Shown: piece after piece, positions 38,261 through 50,299 of the stretch | Layout of the letters: every line of letters begins with the position of its first letter | Numbering within the stretch: position 1 is the first letter of the stretch | Assembly (NCBI GenBank): GCA_028534125.1 | Contig: CM052817.1 | Location: forward strand, 7,256,001 to 7,320,000 | Length of the DNA stretch: 64,000 bases | Source of the DNA: Lama glama | Lineage: Eukaryota | Direction: 5' to 3' | The notes under the pieces: generated by a model | What the model was told of the DNA's origin: nothing | The model's input: the letters and a program-made list of their open reading frames with translations, nothing else | Databases searched by the model: none | Made by a program: the position numbers and the translations under genes

Positions 38261-39612
38261 CACTAAAACTATAGCTCAAGAAAACTATACACAAATATTT
38301 TATGTTAGTAGGTGTGTGTTCACATTGATTTGGATTAGCATTGCTAAAACTATTTTATTTGTATTTGATGATGGAGCTAATAAGTAAATATATACTTCAA
38401 ATAATAAATGCCACATTTCTCACTGTCTAGGAAAAAAGTTGCAAATAAGGAAAGAGGAAAGGGTAGAATCTTATAATGTTATGTTAAAATTGGAGGTATG
38501 TGTATTAAATGTCTGCTTTAAATACGTATGTATACACATTAGATAGGTAGACAGATGACAGATTTAGAAATATAAATTTGTGCATACGTATCCATACTTC
38601 TTAACTCTGTGTACGGAGAGAAACTAGAAGCAATGATACCCTAATACCAGTGAGCACATTCATCGCCAAAGGTTGATTTCTAAATACCATTCTTAAATAA
38701 AGGAACTGGAGAAATGGCTGATTAGGGCAGAGGAAGTACCAGAGGAGCCTGAATACCTTGTAGCACCAAAAAGGAAGGACATGCTTAAAACTTGGTGAGG
38801 ACACTTCAAAAATGCACAAAAGACAGCTTGAAAGAGCTCTCAATGGCTGAATTTTGTACATATTGAGTAAAATAATAATAACAACAAAAAGATATAACCT
38901 TAGGAAAAAATAGAATCCTTTGTGTCTATGCTGAAATCATTAAAATAATTGAATAAACAAATACATAGAAGATAAGGGAAAGTTCTTCTTTACAAGAGAA
39001 TTTCAATCAATAAATATTTTTTAAAATGATGGAAATAGGAAAACAGCATTGGCCAAACTCTAAAGTAACATTTTTTTCCAGAAAGAATCACTAATGAGTA
39101 ATAAAATTAATAGATGATGAAAAATGAGATATTTACACAATCTAAAAGTAACTTTCACAGGATACTTAATTACAAAGGGGAATATAGTAAATTACAGTGG
39201 AGAAACTTAGAAGACGTCATTTCAATTAAATGATCAAAGTTATCATCACTAGTGGAAAAGAAAAACATTGTCTCTTCTTGCTATCATTCACGAGGATGGA
39301 CACATCGTTTCTGTGATATTCCTATCAAAAATACATAACTACATTTTAAAAATGTATTCTACAAATTCAAAAGAAATCATTTCAAATGTCTGGCCAATGG
39401 TCTTCAAAAGTGTTAGGTCATAGAAGACTACAGGAGACAAAAATTGTGTTTGAATTAAGTGCAGAATCCTAGGTTCGATTCTGAATAAGGAAAAGGGTAT
39501 TAGTGGAATAATCAGAAAGTTTTGAATATGTCCTATGGACTAGATAATAGCAATGTGTCGATGTTAATTCACACCATTGTACTGTGGCTAAGTGAGAAGT
39601 TGACATTTGGAC

Positions 39613-39767
39613 GTTGATATCTAGGGCTGGATGATTCTGTTTTGGGGGGCTGCCCCGTAGATGACAGTAGCACACCCTTTTCGTTGTGACAACCAAAAAC
39701 GTATCCAGACTTTGCCAAATATCCCTGGGGAAGAAGGCATAAAATCTTCCCCAGTTGAAAACTACTG
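39613..39767 (-). mobile_element. hAT-Charlie MER20-like MITE nested in L1MC
   Basis: gggctggatgattctgttttggggggctgccc…gttgtgacaaccaaaaacgtatccagactttgccaaatatccctgggg…ccagttgaaaactactg. Confidence 0.85.
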
Positions 39768-40504
39768 ATCCATGGGGATTCCTTGTGCTGTTTTTCAGCA
39801 CTCTTTCATGAGACTGAATTTATCTTAAAATTAAAAGTTTTAAAAACTGTGTGAAAATGCCTAGCACAGTACTAGTAACATAGTGAGCAATAAGTATGTA
39901 ATAATCCTTAAAATCTTGTGACTGGACCTCTCTGGAGGTCCATATACAGTTCTAAGTCCTGTGTTTCAATGAGAAATTCAGCAGGTCTATTCAATTAATC
40001 ACAGATTTAATGGCAGACATTTTAAGTGCAAAAACGACTGCATTTTGACAGCTCCACCTCTGTATTTATCTGCTAAGCAACCTAACAATGTCTATCTATG
40101 TGGCAGGTCAATCCCGTCTTTGCAATTTAATGCTCCTTATTCCTCCGGGCTTCCTCTGAATGCAAACGTTTTCTATTTGGGTTAATTTCACAGTTAGAAT
40201 CTCACCAAAACCTTATTATTCTTTTTTTTCAAGGATCAGCTCTGCTGAATGCTAGGTGTGATAATAACAGGAAAACCTGTAATATTATTTCACAGAACTT
40301 TAAAACACAATATTACCTCCAGGAAAATGGAAGCAGAATTTGGATTAAAAACAGGTCTTGTTACCCTTCAGTTTGACCCTTCAGACTCCAGATTTTGACA
40401 GCCTGCATTGCTACACGTATTGCTCACAACTGCCAGTTGTTCAGTGACAAAGGAGAAGGGTGAACATACTAGTAACAGGCCTATACTTAGTGATATACAG
40501 TTGG

Positions 40505-40805
40505 CTCAGAGAGAAAGGGAAATAAGAGGGAGACAAAGAGGAGAGACAGGAATCAGAAGACAGAAAGGGTGACTGAGCATGCAACAGAGGAAGGGACAGA
40601 GATACAGGACAAGAGAAATGAAGTGCTAGCCATGGTCAAGTTTGAGAACACGATGGACTGAAAGAAAAGAGATGGAACAAGAGAGCTGGCTGTCTCTTGT
40701 CAGGAACAGGAGAGGAACAAAGAGAGAGTCTGAGAGAGAGAATCTGAAAGAAAAAGAAAGAGAAAAAACAAAGATGTGAAACATGCAATGAAAGAGAAAA
40801 CAAAG
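40505..40805. repeat. GA-rich purine low-complexity tract
   Basis: gagagaaagggaaataagagggagacaaagaggagagacagg…. Confidence 0.6.
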
Positions 40806-40864
40806 ATACCCTGAGGTTCCGAGCTTTAATTGATGACTTAGGGTTTATCCAGGAGAAAAGGACT

Positions 40865-41150
40865 CAGCATATTGAGAAATCTGGACATGACAAATTATGA
40901 AAAATTAATATACCTAGAAATATCTGGTGCAAAATGAGAAGACCTGACGGGAATATACAGTGATCTCCAATATTCACAGGAATTCTATTTAGAGACAAGG
41001 ACAATTAAACATGAAATCTGTGTTTGCTCCTATGGCTCTGGTGAATAATGGATGGAGGAAAAGGATTATAAGGACATACAGTCTCTAAAAAGTGAGTTGT
41101 TCAACAATGGACTGAGGATTTCCTAAGCACTTCCCATCACTTGTCAACAC
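40865..41150 (+). mobile_element. L3/CR1 LINE 3' fragment
   Basis: gagaagacctgacgggaatatacagtgatctccaatattc…ctgtgtttgctcc…aatggatggag…gttgttcaacaatgga…ttcccatcact. Confidence 0.5.
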
Positions 41151-41189
41151 TAGGGAAGAGCTCTGTTTCCTCTGTAACAGAAAATAAGA

Positions 41190-41322
41190 CCAGTGTCCCA
41201 TACAATTTATTATTCAAAGTCAGACGCCTTTGAAAGTTAAAAGGGGTTCATTTATAATTACTTCTGTACAATAAGTTTAAATCAGAACTCTTCTGGGCAA
41301 ACTGGAATATATGGTAATTCTG
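41190..41322. mobile_element. hAT-Blackjack MITE, MER94-like
   Basis: ccatacaatttattattcaaagtcagacgcctttgaaagttaaaagggg…tataattac…ctgggcaaactggaatatatggt. Confidence 0.7.
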
Positions 41323-41379
41323 AGGAGGACTAGCTAATTTCTGAGACAATTTTCAATGTTCTGGCCCAAATCAACGTTT

Positions 41380-41609
41380 CCTCTCCCTGTCTTCTCCCTG
41401 TTTGGTCCTCATGCAGTCATCCTCTGGTGTCTCCTCCACTTCTTATAAGGCCACAGATCATGTTGGATTAGAGCCCCACCCTAATGGTCTCATTTAACTT
41501 TATCACCTTTTGAGAGACCTTATCTATAAATGCAGTCATATTCTGAGGTACTAGGGGTTGGGACTTCAACGTGTGAATTTTGAAAGGGACACAATTCAGC
41601 CCATATAAC
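41380..41609 (-). mobile_element. MaLR LTR fragment, MLT1A/B-like
   Basis: cttcttataaggccac…tggattagagccccaccctaatggtctcatttaact…gtcatattctgaggtactaggggttgggacttcaac…gggacacaattcagccca. Confidence 0.9.
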
Positions 41610-42059
41610 TTGTCATTTCTTTTAGGATGGAGAACAAATTATGTTCCATGATAAACACACCCAGCCCTTATTTTTCTCTTTGGTCAGTTTTCATAGGACA
41701 ATCCCCTTGACCTGCAGTTCAGCTGCCTTGACCACTTCTCTGTGGCTCGTGAGGATTATGCCCTCTCCTGCCTGAGGTTGCTTGCATTTGCTGAAACATT
41801 CTCTCTCTCCCTCTACCTTAGTCTAATAATTTTACTACATAAAGGCATATCACTGTCAGAGATTCTCAACATTAAGCTTTGGGTAGATTTGGATTTTACC
41901 ATCTTCCTCTAATTCTGTCCAGCCTGCCTTGGGATGCCATGGAATTCCCTTGCCCCTTAGCATCTAACTACAAGGAATTCCACTTTCACATCACCACTTT
42001 GCTGTTATGTGTTAAATGTAACCAGATTATTCTCTTTAATCACCACAATCTTCCATTAC

Positions 42060-42400
42060 TTTTATTTTGTTATGTTTTCTTGAAATACATTAGACACATA
42101 ACATCATGCAAGTTTCAAGTGTACAATGTGTTAATTTCATACATTTATATACTGCGATATAATTCCTTTTGTTGAATTGGCTAACATCCATATTATATCA
42201 CATAATTATTATTTATTTTTTATGGCAAGAACAATAAAGATCTAGTCTCTTAAGTTTGATGTTTACAATACAGTGCTGTACTGTATCTTTTCCTGTATCT
42301 ATAATCATCATACTGTGCACTATATCTCCAGGACTTGTTTATCTATTAGTTGCAAATTTGTGCCCTTAAACATTCCTCCTCTTTCCCCATTCTTCAGCCA
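42060..42400 (-). mobile_element. L1MA9-like 3' end
   Basis: aagtttcaagtgtacaatgtg…gctaacatccatattatatcacataatta…aagatctagtctcttaag…ctgtgcactatatctccaggacttg…gcaaatttgtgccctt. Confidence 0.8.
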
Positions 42401-42519
42401 TATATTGTAAAAAGAAAAAGAAAAAAAAAGAGGAGAGATTGATAAAAGGAAGGAAGGGAGAGAGGAAGGAAGACAGGGAGGGAGACAAGAAAGATACACT
42501 CAATTTGATACTTGTTACC

Positions 42520-42752
42520 CCAAACACAAGCAAAACCACTCTTGTGATCTATGTGATGACATAGCCATAGGGATGTGCAAATGGAATCCACCACCTAAAA
42601 TTACAGCCACCTGTAGAACAGTGAGGAATTTGAACCACCCAACCCACATAGGCTGCAACTGAAGGAAGAGAGGATTACCGAAGAAAATCGGAGAGGCTGA
42701 TACCAGAAGGAAAGAGAAGAGAGCTGGACAATAAAACGTGACATTTACCACA
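42520..42752 (-). mobile_element. MaLR LTR fragment (MLT1I-K-like)
   Basis: ccgaagaaaatcggagaggctgataccagaagg…gctggacaataaaacgtgacatttaccaca. Confidence 0.55.
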
Positions 42753-43420
42753 TACCTCGTCTTTAGACATCATAAGGCAAAAGTGCTTCGTAAGATGGGG
42801 CAACAAAACAATATATTTGGTAGGTTTTTTTAATCTGTATTGGGGTCTGTGTCTCTTTGGGACAGTCACAGTTTCTTGAACTTTTTCAATGCAAAATCGA
42901 TTAGAAGGTAAATGCATTCCGAATGAAGTAAAATATCTATCAATTTATCAACTCAGAACCTCTGAGAAAATGACTGGAAGTGTGGAGATTACGTATTTGA
43001 AATCCTCAGTGCACAGGAAGTGCTTACTACATATGAATTTGCCTCTCTGTTCCTCCTCTTCATTCTCTCTGCCATCTCATCCTTTCACTTTTCATTAATC
43101 TAAAACTCTAGCTTTGTCCTTTGGAGTCGCAATGAACGAGTCTCTCTCTACATGACGTTCAGCTTCACTGATACCCTCTTCTCCAATTTAAATGTCTAAA
43201 ACTCTTTCAAGGGTTGTTTCCACAGCTGGTTTCTAAACCTCTTAAAAATGTCATTGCCCACAGCTGGATGCATACTGATTCATCAATAATGAAAGAGGAC
43301 ACAGTGTTATAGATGATATTTAATTATATATACTAATCCAAAATCCTTATTGTATCCAGCCATTCCTGAACTTCTATGTCTTCAGATCATCTAACTCCTT
43401 AAGAGACAGAAATTTGCCCT

Positions 43421-43700
43421 ATTTTATTTTGTTTTGTTTTGTTTTGTTTTATTATACAACTGTATTGAGGTACCATGGATATAGAAAGAATGGCGCATAT
43501 TTAATGTGCTCAATTCAATAAGTTTGGACATATGTATACACCACTGATGCCATCACCACAATCAAGGTAAAAGCCATATCCAACACCGCTCAGTGTGACA
43601 TTATGTCCCTTTGCGGTTGTTCTTTTTGTTTTGTTTTGTTTTTGTGATAAGAAGGCTAAGAGACCTACTCTCTTAATGTAATTTGAAGTGCACCAACTAC
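43421..43700 (-). mobile_element. L1MA10-like 3' end with (TTTTG)n tail
   Basis: tattgaggta…gcatatttaatgtg…aagtttggacatatgtatacacc…catcaccacaatcaaggtaa…gagacctactctcttaa. Confidence 0.8.
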
Positions 43701-43849
43701 AGCTCATCTGGTAGAGTGTAGGACTTGACCCTTTTCTTTTTAAATCTGTTTAAGATTTCTCTAATGCTCTTTATCTTCACTCCCTTGTATAATGTCCTTG
43801 AAGATGACTCACTATTTGTGAGGAAAGCTTATGAAATCAAGAAGGACAA

Positions 43850-44020
43850 GCATTGTACAATGGAGAGAGAGTAAGATTTGAGACCAGAAACCCTGTGTTC
43901 AATGTTAGTCCCTTGTTTCACAGAGGGGGCTATTTTGATAAATCAGTTAGCCATCCAGAGCTTCTGTTTCACTACCTGTAGTAATTGTGATAACAATACT
44001 GAATGTTTCACAGTGTAGAT
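43850..44020 (+). mobile_element. MIR SINE
   Basis: gtacaatggagagag…tttgagaccagaaaccctgtgttcaa…gagcttctgtttcactacctgta…gataacaatac. Confidence 0.55.
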
Positions 44021-44846
44021 GGTTGTAGCTGCCAGCATTATTAAATTATCAAAATATAATTAAATTTATTTTATGATCATTTTTGAAACCATGGAGGCCA
44101 GAGAACCTAACATCATTGTGCTGGAGTATGGAGAAGTTTCTTATCTTGGGCTGATCAGCCATTTAGAATAGGGCCTGAAACCTATATGAAAGTCAAATGT
44201 GATGTTTTCTCAAATATGAAGGTCTCTTGAGAATAAAAATAGGGATAAATGATTTTGCTGTTTTGTAGGCAACTGCAGCATTCAGAAATGTAATGCATCA
44301 AATATGTTCAAGTGAATCAATATCCTCTCAGTGTGACTTGAGTATAAATCAAAATTTATGACCCAAATATAGCGTACTGTGACCAAAGTGAATGAATAAG
44401 AGAAAGTGGTATTACAGAAATAAACATTTCTATATCAGAATGGCTGCCCATTAATTTTTATAAAAGGATGGAAAAGATCAGAGCCAGAGGCACTTTCGCA
44501 TGCAAAGGATAATTTGCTCTTCCCTAAAAATTCAACATGGCAGCAAACTCTGTGAAATTAGAGTACATTTTGTTCATAGTAGATAACAATATGGAAATAA
44601 TGAGTAAATATATTCAAGGAAATGTACTCATAGATACATATTATCTTAAAATAGAAAATGCTGAAGGAAATCCATTAACAGAGTCTTCACATTATACAAA
44701 TATGAGGTGAGGTTAACTTGGCCAGGGTCAGAGAGTTGGTTAGCAACAGATGTTACCTTATCAGTTCTATGGAAGTCATTACAAAATTTATATTTCATAC
44801 CCATGTCTCTCTCTCTTAATTACTAACTACATCAATTATATACTTG

Positions 44847-45037
44847 TAGGTTTACCAAATTTAGCAAATAAAAATTTAGGATACCCAGCTATGTGGAATT
44901 TCAGATAAAAAGAAAAAGAATAAATAGTTTTAGTTAAGTTTGTTTCATGAAATATTTTTGCATATTTATATTACAATTATTTATTGTTTAATTGAAATTC
45001 AAATTTACATGGGTGTCCTGTATTTATCTCAACCTTA
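44847..45037. mobile_element. hAT MITE MER53-like (palindromic)
   Basis: taggtttaccaaatttagcaaataaaaatttaggatacccag…gaatttcagataaa … tttaattgaaattcaaatttacatgggtgtcctgtatttatctcaacctta. Confidence 0.85.
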
Positions 45038-46019
45038 TACACTACTATTAAAATATCTTCATTATTGTCACTGTAACCTGCAAGTCAGTGTCTGAAGCTA
45101 GGAATTGTGTCTAATAGTTTAGAATAATGCCCTGTATAGCTAATATCCAGGATTAAGAGCCAAAGAAAAGAGTAGTTCAGGATACACATTAGAAATACCA
45201 AAATCATTCAATAGAAGGTGCAAAATACTTCATGACTCCTTGAGAATATTTGCTAGGTAGGAAATCAATTTTCTATCATTGCTCTTTGTTGTTGTTTGTT
45301 CTACATATTTTTGTTGCTGTTTTATTTTTTTCCATCGATTCACTTGGTGTTACATAAAATGGGAGGCTGATTTGTCAATACACACATTTATAAATCCTGA
45401 AAGTCAAATTATGTCATTGAAAAAATAGAACTGAAACTCCTTTATCCAAGTGAAAGGTAGGGACACTACTTAGCCTCATCTCAAGAGATGCAATCTAAAT
45501 AGTATCTAAATGGTATACTATATATATGTATATATTTGTATATAATTGCAAAGGCAACCAGGTATAAGAAGTTAACAATAATTTTACTATTAAAAGTTGA
45601 GAGGAAGAGGAATAGGAGATGGGGATGATGGAGCACAAACAGATCTTTCTGATGCAATGCTTGTAAAGGCAATGTGCAGTTATATAATAACTACCATAAG
45701 AAATAAATACGTAAGTTGTTAATAGCAGATGACTCTGGATAGTAAGATTAGTAATGGGGAAATGTAGAATAGGAAACATACTTTTTATCATAAGGTATTT
45801 TATATTATTTGTTTTTTTATGTCATGAACTATTTGATATCTAAAAATGATTTTTAATATATTTTCTCCCTAAGTATTATCTCTGGAACAGCATTTGTGAG
45901 TATTTTAATCCTTTATTCATGGATTCACATTTCAGTTACCCTTATTAAACTCTAAGCCTGTCCCCTAAAGGATTAGGTATTTTATTTCCTGTTTTATTTA
46001 CATTCCGCTCAATATTTGC

Positions 46020-47131
46020 CATATAGCATGTGTCTAACTCTGAAGCATTTTCGTGCAGGGTCCAAGAGGACCTCAGTAGGACTGAGCCCCAGTTGGTCTC
46101 ATAACTGTTCATTAGCATACACTGTATTGAGAGCCTTCTCTTTCCTGCTTCAGTTTCCCATCTCCTAGTGGTGAAAACTGTGACCCTTCTCAAAACAGAC
46201 TTTCGCACTCAATAGACTGTCAGAGAAATGCAAATCAAAACTACAGTGAGGCATCACTTCACACCAGTCACATGACCATCATTAAAAAGTCTAGAAATAA
46301 TAAATGCTGGAGAGGGTGTAGAGAAAAAGGAACCCTCCTACACTGTGAGTGGAAATATAATTGGCGCAGCCATTATGGAGAATAGTGTGGAAGGTCTCAA
46401 CCTAAAAATAGAGTTACTAAAAATAAAAATAGAGTTACTATATGATCCTGTAATCCCACTCCTGGGCATATATCTGCAGAAAACCCTAATTCAAAAAGAT
46501 ACATGCACCCCAATATTCACAGCAGCACTATTTACAATATTCAAGACACAGAAATAAACTAAATGTCCATAAACAGATAAATGGGTGAAGAAGATGCAGT
46601 AAATATAAACAATAAATATTACTCAGCCATAAAAAAGCATAAAATAACGTCATTTGCAGCAACATGGATAGACCTGGAGGTTATCATACTAGGTGAAGTA
46701 AGTCAGAGAAAGACAAATGTGATATATCACTTATATATGGAGTCTAAAAAAATGATACAAATGAACTCATTTACAAAGCAGAAATAGACTCACAGACGTA
46801 GAAAACAAATTTGTGGTTACCAAAAAGGAAAGTGGGGCTGGTGAAGAGATAAATTGGGAGTTTGAAATTAACATATACTCACTACTTTATATAAAATAGA
46901 TAAACAACAGGGACCTACTGTAGAGCACAGGGAACTATATTCAATATATTGTAATAACTTCTAATGGAAAAAATCTGAGAAAAATATGTGTGTGTGTAAC
47001 TGAATCACTTTGCTGTACACCTGAAACTAACACAACATTGTAAATTAACTATACTTTGATTAAAAAAAATAGACTATTGCACTCAAAACCTTATATCAGG
47101 ATCTACTTCAAGGGAAACACAAGCTATGATA
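46020..47131 (+). mobile_element. 3' part of an LTR16(C/E)-like 5' LTR, split by an L1
   Basis: taactctgaagcatt…ggactgagccccagttg…cattagcatacactgtattg…gcactcaa [L1] gcactcaaaaccttatatcaggatctacttcaagggaaacacaagctatgata; leads directly into ERVL internal sequence. Confidence 0.75.
46219..47069 (+). mobile_element. Artiodactyl-type L1, ORF2 C-terminus (Cys-rich) plus 3'UTR and polyA
   Basis: REMQIKTTVRHHFTPV…KCWRGCREKGTLLHC; 3'UTR ggacctactgtagagcacagggaactatattcaa…gctgtacacctgaaactaacacaacattgtaaattaactatac; imperfect TSD 46192-46212 / 47066-47086. Confidence 0.92.
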
Positions 47132-49690
47132 ATTGGAATCAAGAGTAAAATCATAGACCATAGGAACAAGGATCTGGGATTAGGCTGCTAAATGACCAGA
47201 TGGCAACATGGCACTATAGTGGGTGGTAAGTCAGTTAACAGAAACGTCAACCATGGTGGATGGTGATGGAATGTGTATAGGTGTGAAAGTATGTACTAGG
47301 TTATGGGACAATGGAAAATTTAAGGATTCTGGCTGTTAACAAGTGCCCTAGAGCTCTGAAAGAGAAAATGCTAGTCTTGATTTAGGCAACTATTAAAACG
47401 GGAACATTGAAAAAGCAAGTAAACTTCAATGAACATGTTTAATAAGGTCCTTAACTTCACCTGGAGAATAGAGTTTACTGAGTATCAGGCCAGGGATTTG
47501 ACTATAAGGGTTTCAGAGTTAGGATAAAGGCTGAATTCATAGCTCCAGCAAGTCTTCTATAGTTTAGATCCATGATAGGAAAAGAATAGAACTCTGAAAG
47601 CCAGGATGTGAACACTGGGCAGATGTGTTTGAATCCTAATGTCCTTAAACCTTCTAGGCTGAAGAGCAACCTTCTACTAAAGAAGAATGACCTCTCACTG
47701 CATAAAGACCATGCAAGGGCTTCATTCAAGATGAATGCCAACCAATATGATAACTGCCCTTCTCAAGATCTGCTCCTCCCTTCATTGTTCTCAGCTAATA
47801 TTTAGCATTAGCATGGCTCAGAGATGAAAGGATATATCATGAAAAGTGGTAGGTAGTGCACACAGTCAGGAATCAGTAGAACATGGCTGAGGGTAGATCT
47901 GGAGGGTTCAGCACAACATATGACTTGATAGAGGACAGTTTATTGATACAGGAATACTCTCCAGTGATTAAGGATTTAATGCCCCTGCAAGGATGCCTTA
48001 AGTTAATCCGAGTATTCTTTTGGAGTTGGTCCTTGAAGCTTAGAGACAATAATGCTTTACAAATAAATGAAGGAGAGGTGCCAGATGGCTTTAACAGATC
48101 AGGATGAAAGGATTTCTGAATAGCTGAGACCCACAATTATTAGGGGTAAAGTGGATACAAATTATCAGAGGTGAAGTGAACAGGCAGTAATTCCAGAAAG
48201 GCAACCAGAGATCTTGGTGATAGCATTTCAAAGGACAGTCAATGAGGATAATTTTTATTTATATAACTTTTTTAAAGATTAAGAAGGGAGGCACGAAGAA
48301 GGCTAATGACAGCTACCACAGTGGAAAAATCGCTCCCTAAACCAGTTGTTGGAGGAAGAGTCTACTGAAGGAAACAAAGATCATGAATGTTTTAGAAAGG
48401 AACCTTTAATGCTACAGTAATAACATCTAATAGCCATTTCTTCCCCAAGCAGCATACAGCTGTTTATAAAAATAACTTTTTTTTTGAGGGGGAAAAATAT
48501 CTAGATGTTGATACAGCCATTGGATACAGGATCTGAATTACCACTGTTTAAAAAAAGAAAGAGTGTAGCCCCCCTTTTAGAGTGTACATATGCAGAAGGC
48601 ACATAATAATTAGACTCTTGACCCAAATAAGTCCTAACTCAGTTTCTGAGTACACAATGACTGCGCCATTTCCCCAGCATCAGAGAACATCATCTCCATG
48701 GATATACTTAGCATCTGTCAGAACCAACATCGTGTTTCCTCACCTGTGGATGAAGAGCTATTATGCTACTAAAGGCCAGGTAAAAGCTTGTAAAACTGTC
48801 TGCGTCCCTCATTTATAGAAAATCAAAACTATTAACATACCCTAGATGAAGGGGCACAGATGAAGCCACCCTCGGAAACTTAAAGGACACAGCAGTGGTG
48901 GTGCTCACTACATCCCTGCTTAATTCACTGATATGTACAATTTTTTTAAAGGCGGCTCTTGACAGATAATGGTAATCTTTTATAAATACAACAAAGTGGT
49001 AGATCCACTAACAGTCTCTGGGTTGGAGTTGTAACTTTTCTAGAAGAAATCACCATTCTCTACTTGCCCTGGGTATATAGCTATTGATCTGCAAAAACTA
49101 TAATTTTCAGCACCTACCAGGATGGGGGAACCAGATGTTGTTGGCATTCACCTGGAAAGACAGTAGTACATTTTTACAGTCTTGTCTCAGGGCTCTGTTT
49201 ATCCCTTGCTCTGTCTCAGTGTAGATTGAAGGGACCTTGACCATCTGGACACACTGCCATGCATGACACTATTCCACTAGACCAGAGTTCAGCAAAATTC
49301 TATTGTAAAGAGTCAAGTAAGAGATATTTTAGGCTTTGCAGACCATACAATCTTTGTCACAACTGCTAAACACTGCCATTGAGCAGTCAAAGACAGTATG
49401 TAAATTAACGGGTGTGATGGTATCCAGATAAAACTTTATAAATAAAACTTTATAGCTCTGCACTACACTGATAACATCATGCTTATTGGACCTGGAAATC
49501 ATGAAATGGTAAGCACTCTGGAAATGCTGGAAAGGCACTTAGGTATCAGAGGGATATTAAATCCTAAAAAGTTTAGGTTAACTGATATATCTGTGATGTT
49601 TTTAGAGGTCTGAGAGCTTGGGTAATACTGAGACATTTCTTCCAGAAATAAATTCCAGAATATTTCACCTTGTGCTTTCTACCGCTGAGA
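47132..49690 (+). pseudogene. Decayed ERVL internal region (ERV3-16A3-like): gag, protease and reverse transcriptase remnants
   Basis: gag GQFIDTGILSSD*GFNAPAR (~47930) vs HERV-L AEFIDMGPLSRDSAFNVAAR; protease LDTGSEL (48520-48540); RT TSLLNSL, GS*QIMVIFYKYNKVVDPL, AIDL, AFTW, YIFTVLSQG, FHYTDNIMLIGP; many stops and frameshifts. Confidence 0.9.
49283..49460. mobile_element. hAT-Charlie MITE, MER58A-like, inserted in ERVL RT
   Basis: cagagttcagcaaa…gtaaagagtcaagta…tattttaggctttgcagaccata…ataaaacttta…ctctg; TSD cactagac (49275-49282) / cactacac (49461-49468). Confidence 0.9.
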
Positions 49691-50299
49691 AACTATCTCT
49701 AAGGAATTGAGGGCCTTAATGTTGACCCAGCTCCTGCGTGCCAGTTGGTTTATGATCTGGTGGACAGGAAGGCGGAATTATTAGTTTCCTGCAAACTTCC
49801 AGCAGCTCTCTTTCCTCTCAGGGTCACAAGGATGCCTTGTCTTGCTTAGCACAGTGCACGCCATAGCACCCTGGCGCTGAATGGAATCTAGGGAACGTGC
49901 AAACAATGTCTTGGTTCGTAGCTATGAAACTCTGGTCTACAAATTTTAAATGACTGTCTCAGGCTGCAGGTCCACTTGGAGGAAGAACTAGGACCAGAAC
50001 TTAGGTCCATTGAAATTCATCTCAGGCTGTTTGTCACATAATCTGGCTGCCTCTCAACAAATATGCACTTTATAAATATAGCATTAAAATTATCGCAACA
50101 AAACATAGGCTTATTTCAAGGAAACCATAGCGTGAGTACATTAGACCCTAAGGGGACAGAGAACCTTAGCACTAATTTCAAATTATATTTTCTGGTGTTC
50201 AAGGCCAGCAGTATTATATCTCGCAAATATAAGATTGTGCTTGTTGGTAATAAAGTGAATTAAAGTGGGCTTACAAAGAAGGAGACAAAAAAAAGGACC

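Larger units (their letters stand above)
37840..39845 (+). mobile_element. Old L1 (L1MC-like) long 3' region
   Basis: ctagaagcaatgataccc…ggttgatttctaaataccattc…gagcctgaataccttgtagcaccaaaaagg…acagtggagaaac…atgatcaaagttatcatcact…tttttcagcactctttcatgagactgaatt. Confidence 0.75.

Noticed and set aside
46345..46787. ORFs 46345-46557 and 46581-46787
   Set aside because: Off-frame or broken readings of L1 ORF2, not host genes.
47608..48818. Short ORFs in the ERVL region as a possible domesticated gag
   Set aside because: Homology hops between frames with multiple stops; no maintained ORF.
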